DNA from: Clostridia bacterium
Lineage (GTDB): Bacteria; Bacillota; Clostridia; Christensenellales; DTU072
Length of the DNA stretch: 64,000 nucleotides
Direction of reading: 5' to 3'
Assembly: GCA_045535785.1 (NCBI GenBank)
Contig: JAZSMH010000047.1
Location: forward strand, 8,250 to 72,249
This document shows positions 19,838 to 26,798 of this stretch, in pieces (the stretch's first letter is position 1; the number at the start of each line of letters is the position of its first letter). The notes below the pieces were generated by a model, which saw nothing but the letters and a program-made list of their open reading frames with translations, had not been told where the DNA came from and ran no database searches. Made by a program: the position numbers and the translations under genes.

Positions 19838-20884
19838 TTACCTAGATTTGCGGTAACGGTTTGAATTGCTTGTTTTAATTATCTTACGTGAATAAAGTTT
19901 GCGGTTAGTTTCGTTGTCGTCGATAATCAAATCTTCAACACCAACAGCTTTAACGATCTCGTCTTTAGACGGATAAAGTTTACGCAGGTGTCTATCGTTA
20001 TACTTACCGATAGCACACGGCAACAAGTGGAATCTATAACCGTCGTCACCGTCCGTACGTACAACTACTTCACCTTCGGCAACACGTTCAGTTTCTTTGC
20101 AGCTAAAAGCACGCATACCGAAGAGCTTGAAGAATTTACCGTAAGAATGGTGAATTTTATGAATAGCAGGGGATAGACGTTTGATATCTTTATTCATGTT
20201 ATCAGCGTCCTGAGAATCTAATATAAAATAACCGTCAATATAGTGACCTATACGCTCAAAAAAGTTAGCCAAAAGCGATAATTCTTCGCTACGTCCACGT
20301 TCTAAATAAGAATCTACAGGGAAGACACTCTGCGCTTCAGAGACGTTGAAAACCATACCATATAATGAAGGCTTTTGACAAACGACCATATCATAATCAT
20401 AAGGCATAGACTTTTGACGATCGTCTAATATAGTTACGTTAGACGTAAGACAAGGGATATATTCAGGGTGCTTTTGATAGAAACTATACGTCTTTTGGCA
20501 CTCGTGATAGTGATAAATAAATGATTGTTGATCGTCATCACAAAATTGATTACGATTAATCAAGTCCATAATTCGCTTATACTTGCGCCATTTACGTTTA
20601 ACAACGCTAGTTATAGTCTTATATTGCTTACGTGCAAGGCAAACGGCTATAGTAGTTGAAGTATCGGTTTTACCGACACGCGGACCACCTTCCCAAACTT
20701 GAATACGGCTACCGTTCTTCAAGTCCTTGCGTAAATGCGTTAAACACAAAGAATATAATATCGTTACAGCTAGCGCAGGGATAAATAAGAAAAGCCACCA
20801 AGCAGAGTAGGTGAGCACAAACAAGAAACTTAAGATAGCCAAGAATAAAGATAGATTACGAATTGTTTTATACTTTTTTAGCAT
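19838..20884 (-). CDS. Zot/pI-like morphogenesis ATPase with N-terminal TM segment
   Basis: Walker A GGPRVGKT, Walker B-like FNVSEAQ, GHYIDGYFILDSQ...KDIKRL matching the Zot RH..xxxxTQ...D..IR region; hydrophobic N-terminus. Confidence 0.8.
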   Translation of the reverse strand: MLKKYKTIRNLSLFLAILSFLFVLTYSAWWLFLFIPALAVTILYSLCLTHLRKDLKNGSRIQVWEGGPRVGKTDTSTTIAVCLARKQYKTITSVVKRKWRKYKRIMDLINRNQFCDDDQQSFIYHYHECQKTYSFYQKHPEYIPCLTSNVTILDDRQKSMPYDYDMVVCQKPSLYGMVFNVSEAQSVFPVDSYLERGRSEELSLLANFFERIGHYIDGYFILDSQDADNMNKDIKRLSPAIHKIHHSYGKFFKLFGMRAFSCKETERVAEGEVVVRTDGDDGYRFHLLPCAIGKYNDRHLRKLYPSKDEIVKAVGVEDLIIDDNETNRKLYSRKIIKTSNSNRYRKSR

Positions 20885-21071
20885 TTTTAGTTTTTATACT
20901 CCTTCTAATTATTTTTACAAGCAAACCAAACGGCATCATAGCAACAAAGGCTACGAAAAGTACCGTAAGAAGAACTAATATAATTTCTAAACTAGGACCA
21001 AGCAATGGATCCAAAAAGAGCTGCTCTCCCATTACTACATGGAAGAAATCTAACAACGGTTGCAGTATCAT
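20868..21071 (-). CDS. Small single-TM protein (minor coat candidate, pVII/pIX-like)
   Basis: 67 aa, one TM, basic C-terminus; overlaps both neighbours. Confidence 0.7.
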   Translation of the reverse strand: MILQPLLDFFHVVMGEQLFLDPLLGPSLEIILVLLTVLFVAFVAMMPFGLLVKIIRRSIKTKNAKKV

Positions 21072-21220
21072 TTACTTAAATACCCCCATATTTTGATTAT
21101 TAATTTATATAGACCAAAAGTCATTAAGAAGATAAGACCAAGCATTATAACTTGACTAGGCAGATCTCCAGCATATTCAGGAATTAACGTATCTAAAATT
21201 AACTTTATATTACTTACCAT
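21068..21220 (-). CDS. 50-aa single-TM protein absent from the ORF track (minor coat candidate)
   Basis: MVSNIKLILDTLIPEYAGDLPSQVIMLGLIFLMTFGLYKLIIKIWGYLSK; starts 2 nt after the upstream stop and ends in an ATGA overlap with the next gene. Confidence 0.75.
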   Translation of the reverse strand: MVSNIKLILDTLIPEYAGDLPSQVIMLGLIFLMTFGLYKLIIKIWGYLSK

Positions 21221-21222
21221 AA

Positions 21223-21621
21223 TTAACGCGCTATAATAGAGCCTCCACCAAAACCACCACCACCATAATCAGGTGAAGTTTCATAGCCAAACCACTCTAA
21301 GAAATCACCGATAAAATTAAAGAATTTTACAAGATAAGAAGAAACTCCTTCAATAAATTCAATTAATAAATCAAGTACATCTTTAAATACAGGATAAAGG
21401 CCACTTTGGAACAAATCTATCAAGATATCGAGAACGTCGCGACCAAATTCCAAACCTAATTCGGCTATATCACCTAGAATAAGAAGGATATCGTTAATCA
21501 TACCTAAAAGCGTAGGTAAAAGGTTAAAAGTCAAATCTGCCATCGTTTGAAATGGCAGAATAATTGCTTGTATTAACGTTACCCAACGTTCTAAATCTAA
21601 AAAACTTGATACGAATTCCAT
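21223..21621 (-). CDS. Hydrophobic protein (pVI-like position)
   Basis: Amphipathic/hydrophobic 132 aa directly after the pIII-like gene; start set at ATG 21621, one base after the upstream TAG. Confidence 0.65.
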   Translation of the reverse strand: MEFVSSFLDLERWVTLIQAIILPFQTMADLTFNLLPTLLGMINDILLILGDIAELGLEFGRDVLDILIDLFQSGLYPVFKDVLDLLIEFIEGVSSYLVKFFNFIGDFLEWFGYETSPDYGGGGFGGGSIIAR

Positions 21622-21622
21622 A

Positions 21623-23137
21623 CTAACGCTTAACCATTTTGATAATAAATACAACTATAGCAATAGCTACAGCAAGAGCCAATATAGAACCTAACGTAAT
21701 GCCAAAAACTTCAATTCCACTTAACGTATCGAATGCATTAACAAATATATCGGTAGTACCACTTATAGCACCACCTAGGGCACCAAGAGAACTACCGTCA
21801 ACGGTTTCAGCAACGGCAAGACCTTCAGCATATCCTACGGAATAGCCTGCTCCACGTCCTGCTTCATAACCAACGTCATAACTAACTAATACACCTTCGT
21901 CGTATCCAGAGTCGTAACCTTCGTCTTCACCCATTGAAAAACCTATATTATAGCCGTCAGTCCAACTTTCACTAGTGATATTAACTCTAGAATCGGCATA
22001 TTTAACACCTTCGTCGTATCCAGAGTCGTAACCTTCGTCGTATCCAGAGTCGTAACCTTCGTCGTATCCAGAGTCGTAACCTTCGTCGTATCCAGAGTCG
22101 TAACCTTCGTCTTTCCCTATCTGATAATAAGTATCAGAGCCTTCATCCCAACCTTCGTCATAGCCTTCTTGCTTACCAACGTCATAACCAGCAGTATAAC
22201 CACTATTATAATCACCATAAACGTTAACTGAATCTACGGTACCAAAACCGATATAATCACTTAAGTACGTTCTTAAATCATTAAGTACTTCGGTTGTAGC
22301 ACTTGCTCCGAAGCCATTAAAAGGAGCGGGCGCTATTGCTTGATAACGTTCAGGCAATAAATCGTAATCTACACAATAACCTTCAATACTCATCTGACTT
22401 AAATAATTCTTACCGTCACCAACGTGACGATACATAGTGGGATATTTACCCCAAGAACCTACAAGGCCAAGAGTTAATTCGGTGAAACTGCCTTCAGGTG
22501 CGATAGAATAAAAATTTTGTGAAAGTCTCCAATCAGAAGTGGTAGAGGCATTGGTAGAAACTCTACTATCTAGCAACCTAATATTACCTGCAGAATATGT
22601 AGTAGACGTTAGATTATAAATATTAGATATATCAATAAAAGCCAATTTGAATTCATTGGTAGTGGTATCCAACCGATATTGAGCGCGTAAACCAACGTTA
22701 TAACAGTAATATTGATAAGAACCGCCAGAAGAACCTATAATGGTACTGTTAGTAGGTATAGCAGAATCGACTAATTTACCATAAACATAGCCAAACTCTT
22801 GAAAATAGGTAATGATGGTAGACGTTTCTTGATACGGTGTTATAAAATAATCTAAATAACGGTCTAAACGTTGAGTTTCGATATTTAATACATTAGCCTT
22901 GTTAAAATACAAGCCACAATTAGAAGAAGTAGATTGCGTTAAAGGCGCCACCGTACTACTAAAATTACTGCTATCTGCAGGAACCCAACTTTCTTCAGCC
23001 AGCGCCACCTTATCTACGTTCTTATATTCTACGTTAGTAGATATTCCGCTAAATGCAATAAAAGCAATAATGATAACTAGTGCCATTATTGCTACGTAAG
23101 TAAGTATATTTTTTTTATTCTCTTTCAAAAATTCCAT
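21623..23137 (-). CDS. pIII-like adsorption protein candidate
   Basis: N-terminal signal/TM, globular Ser/Thr/Tyr-rich region, Gly-rich G-Y-D-x repeat linker, C-terminal TM anchor. Confidence 0.68.
   Translation of the reverse strand: MEFLKENKKNILTYVAIMALVIIIAFIAFSGISTNVEYKNVDKVALAEESWVPADSSNFSSTVAPLTQSTSSNCGLYFNKANVLNIETQRLDRYLDYFITPYQETSTIITYFQEFGYVYGKLVDSAIPTNSTIIGSSGGSYQYYCYNVGLRAQYRLDTTTNEFKLAFIDISNIYNLTSTTYSAGNIRLLDSRVSTNASTTSDWRLSQNFYSIAPEGSFTELTLGLVGSWGKYPTMYRHVGDGKNYLSQMSIEGYCVDYDLLPERYQAIAPAPFNGFGASATTEVLNDLRTYLSDYIGFGTVDSVNVYGDYNSGYTAGYDVGKQEGYDEGWDEGSDTYYQIGKDEGYDSGYDEGYDSGYDEGYDSGYDEGYDSGYDEGVKYADSRVNITSESWTDGYNIGFSMGEDEGYDSGYDEGVLVSYDVGYEAGRGAGYSVGYAEGLAVAETVDGSSLGALGGAISGTTDIFVNAFDTLSGIEVFGITLGSILALAVAIAIVVFIIKMVKR
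22007..22111. repeat. Perfect 24-bp tandem repeat (4.4 copies) encoding EGYDSGYD
   Basis: ACCTTCGTCGTATCCAGAGTCGTA x4 + 9 bp; a further 1.4 copies at 21893-21925. Confidence 0.95.
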
Positions 23138-23259
23138 TTAAGTACCCCAGGCAGTTTAACGACGTGCCTAGGTCGTATGATAGATTATGAAGACTTGACA
23201 ATAAGTCATTGGTAGTGGGTAGTATTGTTAGCCTGTTCCCACCAACGCAGGCAAATAAT

Positions 23260-23454
23260 TTATCCACGGAATAAAGATACAAGTTTTAACAAGATAGCAA
23301 ACCCTAATGGAACCGCTATTAAGAAGAGGATCACGTTTCCTACAGGCGTTATACCGTCGTTATAAAGCAGTGAAAAAAGATCTTCCAAATTAGTCTTATT
23401 AGAACTTATAAAAGTTGTCGCCGCCGTAAAAAAATTATTAATAATTTCAGCCAT
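23260..23454 (-). CDS. Coat-like protein 2
   Basis: 64 aa, amphipathic N-half, one TM, basic C-end; shares S.(F/L)(W/Y).D..T.(I/V)G with the upstream ORF. Confidence 0.7.
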   Translation of the reverse strand: MAEIINNFFTAATTFISSNKTNLEDLFSLLYNDGITPVGNVILFLIAVPLGFAILLKLVSLFRG

Positions 23455-23479
23455 AGCAAATGAATTTAGAATCTAGCAT

Positions 23480-23692
23480 TTAGCCCCTTGCTTTGAAGAG
23501 TTTGCGTAACATTGCAAAAACGGTGAAAGCAAGACCAATACCACCGACTACAAGTCCGACAGTACCGATATCGGTTAGCTTGCTGCCTTCAGAGTCCCAA
23601 AAGATACTTACGCCAGCGCTTAACACGTTACCGAAACCGCTTACCGCAGAAGCTCCTGCTCCGAATAAAGTTTCAACAATTTGAGTTAGCAC
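23480..23692 (-). CDS. Major coat protein candidate (pVIII-like)
   Basis: 70 aa, Gly/Ala-rich amphipathic helix, TM, MLRKLFKARG basic tail; GTG start after AAGGGG. Confidence 0.75.
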   Translation of the reverse strand: MLTQIVETLFGAGASAVSGFGNVLSAGVSIFWDSEGSKLTDIGTVGLVVGGIGLAFTVFAMLRKLFKARG

Positions 23693-23940
23693 GATTCTAC
23701 CCCTTTAAGTAAATTCTCTATTGTCGCAGTGTCGACTCCACGATCTAACAATAGATTTGACAATGATTCTTCAATTTGCATACGGCGTTTTTTAGACATA
23801 AGAGCAAAGATAGAAATTTTATAAATCATTTCGTCGTTATAACAAAATCTCAATATACCGCCTTCTTGATAACAAAATAACTTGTCTTGCTCGTTAATGT
23901 TTGCGGAAAATAATAGATTGGTTTTTGACGTCTTCAACAT
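23686..23940 (-). CDS. Hypothetical phage protein
   Basis: 84 aa, ATG after AAGGTG, overlaps the coat gene start. Confidence 0.6.
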   Translation of the reverse strand: MLKTSKTNLLFSANINEQDKLFCYQEGGILRFCYNDEMIYKISIFALMSKKRRMQIEESLSNLLLDRGVDTATIENLLKGVESC

Positions 23941-23954
23941 AACGGCACACCTTA

Positions 23955-24146
23955 CTATTTATCACTTATAACGCCTGCTTGACGTAGAAGGATATTAAGC
24001 GCCTTCTTATCAGCGGGTTTAGGGGATAGATAAAAACTCTCGCCACCAATATCCAAACGGAAAGACGTATACGGGTGCTTGCTACCGTCATCGGCTACGT
24101 AAGTAGGCCTAGTTACTGCTACAGTTACTTTCTTTTCTTGTTCCAT
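23955..24146 (-). CDS. Small beta-rich protein, possible pV-like ssDNA-binding protein
   Basis: 63 aa, AAAGGAG RBS, first gene of the structural operon, aromatic/basic beta strands; function is a positional inference. Confidence 0.55.
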   Translation of the reverse strand: MEQEKKVTVAVTRPTYVADDGSKHPYTSFRLDIGGESFYLSPKPADKKALNILLRQAGVISDK

Positions 24147-24187
24147 AAAAAATTCTCCTTTTTAATTAATTATCGTATTTATTTATA

Positions 24188-24252
24188 TACCCAATTTGGG
24201 TACAACTAAATATTACTACCAATTTTGGGTAGTGTCAACCCATTTTGGGTAG
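24188..24252. promoter_or_regulatory. Prophage switch: leftward sigma-A promoter overlapped by three operator palindromes
   Basis: Minus strand TTGACA(24238-24233)-N17-TAATAT(24215-24210); TACCCAA-T-TTGGGTA, TACCAATTTTGGGTA, AACCCATTTTGGGTA. Confidence 0.75.
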
Positions 24253-24271
24253 TCTATTATAAAATTATCTT

Positions 24272-24553
24272 ATGAAATTCAACGAAAAACTAAAAATGAT
24301 AAGGAAAGAAAAAGGATTTACACAAAAAAATATTTATACGATACTTAAAGTATCGCCAAATTGTTATGCTTCTTGGGAGCAGGGAAGAACACAACCTGAT
24401 ATAGAGAACATAAGAAAATTGTGTGTGATATTTGAAGTATCTGCAGATTATCTTCTTAATTTAGAAGATGAAAGCGGTAGAAAAATCTATATAAACAACA
24501 GTTTTAATAATAACAACAATTTCAATAATAACAACGTTAGTATAAGAATTTGA
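24272..24553 (+). CDS. XRE-family repressor
   Basis: RKEKGFTQ...SPNCYASWEQGRTQPDIENIRKLCVIFEVSADYLL. Confidence 0.9.
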   Translation: MKFNEKLKMIRKEKGFTQKNIYTILKVSPNCYASWEQGRTQPDIENIRKLCVIFEVSADYLLNLEDESGRKIYINNSFNNNNNFNNNNVSIRI

Positions 24554-24576
24554 TAATAAATAATAGAGGAGTAATT

Positions 24577-25284
24577 ATGGGAGATAAATTAATTTGTCCG
24601 ATATGCGGAGAACCGACAAGAGTATATATGGGAAATGCAAGAAAAGACAAATTATGTGGCAAACACGCAGACGAACTAAAAACGGGTAAAATAGTTTTAT
24701 GCCCCGATTGCAACACATATCACAATAGTGACGTAGAATGCAAATGTAAAAAACAAATCAAATTTACCAAACAAGATATAACTTGTCTTATTTGCGGAAA
24801 AGAGTCAAATGGTAAACATTTTTGTTTGAACTGCTATAATAAATACAAGAATAAAATAATATTCCTTCAAGTTAAAAAATGTAATGAAACAACGTTGTTA
24901 GAAGCAGAATATGAAAGTGACCTAACGTGCGATGACGGACATATGGTAAAAAGTCCTTATGAAAAAATAATAGATAATTGGTTCTATTTGCAAAAAATTC
25001 AACACGCATATGAAAATAAACTATACATAAGTAAAACGGAAAGCATTACGCCAGACTTTTATATACCTGAATACAAGAACATACAAAACATCTACGTTGA
25101 GTGTTGGGGATATGGAAAAGATAATAAAAAGTATCAGGAAATAAAAGAGTATAAACAAAAGATATATCCGAAATTATGTAAAGAGAAAAAAATAACGGTA
25201 GTTTATTTGAGTAAAAAAGAAATAGACGACAACTCATATAAGCATAAATTTGAATTTTTAGAACCTTATAAGGTCAATGAATAA
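24577..25284 (+). CDS. Cys/His zinc-finger protein with PD-(D/E)xK-like C-terminal domain (phage accessory gene)
   Basis: CPIC, CGKH, CPDC, CLIC..CLNC; DGHMVKS.YE.IIDN...PDFY.P...YVECWG; start set at ATG after GAGGA. Confidence 0.7.
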   Translation: MGDKLICPICGEPTRVYMGNARKDKLCGKHADELKTGKIVLCPDCNTYHNSDVECKCKKQIKFTKQDITCLICGKESNGKHFCLNCYNKYKNKIIFLQVKKCNETTLLEAEYESDLTCDDGHMVKSPYEKIIDNWFYLQKIQHAYENKLYISKTESITPDFYIPEYKNIQNIYVECWGYGKDNKKYQEIKEYKQKIYPKLCKEKKITVVYLSKKEIDDNSYKHKFEFLEPYKVNE

Positions 25285-25329
25285 TACAATAACAACTGCG
25301 TTGTTAAAAATAGAAGCAATAGGATAAAT

Positions 25330-25376
25330 CTTACAAGCAAGATGTCATAGGTTCGAGTCCTATTGTTCCCACCAAA
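25330..25376 (+). repeat. attR: duplicated 3' half of tRNA-Val
   Basis: Identical to 17431-17477. Confidence 0.95.
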
Positions 25377-25410
25377 CAAGAAGAGTCACAACGTGGCTCT
25401 TTTTTGTTTG
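25377..25410 (+). terminator. Intrinsic terminator (probably the original tRNA operon terminator)
   Basis: AAGAGTCAC-aac-GTGGCTCTT then T-run. Confidence 0.7.
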
Positions 25411-25860
25411 TGGGGGAACGGTAGGACGAGAAGAGTCCATTAGCCGAGCGAAGCGAACGCCAAGGTTCTTATGCATAGCATAAGGTTCTTTTTGCTAGGA
25501 ACCATAGCCGCGAAACTTCGGTTCGCAAAATTGCCGCAGGCAATTCTGATGAGTGAGAAGAAAGTCGAACTAACTAATACAGTCTAGCGATAGGGATGCA
25601 CTTAAATAGAGTATGTACGCAACTTCGAATGGTCCTATTGTATGTACGTTCATATAAGAGTCACAAAATGGTGTATTTCATAGGGATTTTGAAAAACAAA
25701 TAAAAATCAATAGGAATATACTATTTCGGGTGAATCAAAGAAGCAGAACTTGGATTTAAGCTCCAAGTTCTTTTTCTATGCACAAATATCTTTTAAGCTG
25801 AAAACAACAAAATGTATCAAAATAAATCTATAATTCTATTGAGACAGACGCCATAATTGC

Positions 25861-25889
25861 TTGACATTACTTTTAATATGCGTTATAGT
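25861..25889 (+). promoter_or_regulatory. Sigma-A promoter of the HipA-like operon
   Basis: TTGACA-N17-TATAGT. Confidence 0.65.
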
Positions 25890-25939
25890 TATTGTGTCAA
25901 AATAGAAACATAACCCTATTGATTTATTGAGGAGATTAT

Positions 25940-26797
25940 ATGATAGACTTTTCAAAATACGAAAGAACTAACACATATTATGGTGGAACAGAACGTAAAT
26001 TTGGCGTAAATGTTGACGGCTTTGAATATATGATTAAATTTCAAAAGCAAACAAATTTCGGTGTAAAACGTCTTAATCACATCTCTGAGTACGTCGGCTC
26101 GCATATTTTTGAGTTGCTTGGCTTTGAAACGCAAGACACCTATCTTGGATTATACAATGGCGAGCAAGTTGTGGCGTGCAAAAATTTTATTAACGGCGAA
26201 ACGCAATTCGTTCCCTTTAATGATGTTGGCGAAAGTTCTCTTGAACAAGATAAGGAAACCTATCAATATTCTTATCAAGATATAATGCAAATGCTTCGAG
26301 ATAATGTAAAACTTACAAACGTTCAAGAAACGATAAGTATGTTTTGGGATATTTACGTTGTAGACGCATTAATTGGCAACTTTGATAGACACGGTGGGAA
26401 TTGGGGATTTTTAAAAAAGAACAACAAATATACACTTGCCCCCGTTTTTGACAATGGCTCATCTCTTTATTCTCAGCTTGTAGATGATGATATGATGAAA
26501 CAAATTATGCAGTCGGAAGAAATGACAAACGAAAGGATTTATAAATTCCCCACGTCGCAAGTTCAATTAAACGGCAAAAAGAGTTCTTATTTTGAAGTAA
26601 TCAATTCATTAGAGTTTAAGGAATGTAATGAAGCGGTTATAAAAATATGCGAAAGATATTCGCAAGAAAAAATCGACGAATTGATTGACGAAACCCCATT
26701 TTTAACCGATACTCATAAAGAATTTTACAAATATATATTAAGACAAAGATTTGAAAAGATATTGCTTCCCGCTTACAAGAAATTAACGGAGAAATAA
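25940..26797 (+). CDS. HipA/HipT-like Ser/Thr kinase (kinase core only)
   Basis: YGGTERK Gly loop, MIKF, SEY, DALIGNFDRHGGNWG, LAPVFDNGSSL. Confidence 0.85.
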   Translation: MIDFSKYERTNTYYGGTERKFGVNVDGFEYMIKFQKQTNFGVKRLNHISEYVGSHIFELLGFETQDTYLGLYNGEQVVACKNFINGETQFVPFNDVGESSLEQDKETYQYSYQDIMQMLRDNVKLTNVQETISMFWDIYVVDALIGNFDRHGGNWGFLKKNNKYTLAPVFDNGSSLYSQLVDDDMMKQIMQSEEMTNERIYKFPTSQVQLNGKKSSYFEVINSLEFKECNEAVIKICERYSQEKIDELIDETPFLTDTHKEFYKYILRQRFEKILLPAYKKLTEK

Positions 26798-26798
26798 A

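Larger units (their letters stand above)
17431..25376. mobile_element. Integrated filamentous (inovirus-like) prophage; 7,899-bp excisable unit
   Basis: att repeats in tRNA-Val, integrase, HUH Rep with origin, Zot/pI-like ATPase, several small single-TM proteins, pIII-like protein, XRE repressor. Confidence 0.88.

Noticed and set aside
20863-21096. Plus-strand hydrophobic ORF inside the prophage
   Set aside because: Shadow of coupled minus-strand genes that fit the operon; no RBS.
23234-23245. 12-bp match TGTTCCCACCAA to the att core inside the prophage
   Set aside because: It forms a hairpin loop region and is short enough to be chance; no evidence of a secondary att site.
17527-25284. Reading the element as a tailed prophage, PICI or plain integrated pC194 plasmid
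   Set aside because: No terminase, portal, primase or relaxase/mob genes. The Zot-like ATPase plus a run of single-TM ORFs fits a filamentous phage better. A plasmid origin of the Rep module remains likely.
25546-25570. CTGATGAG...GAAA as a hammerhead ribozyme core
   Set aside because: No stem II closing G-C pair before GAAA, and no supporting stems I/III.
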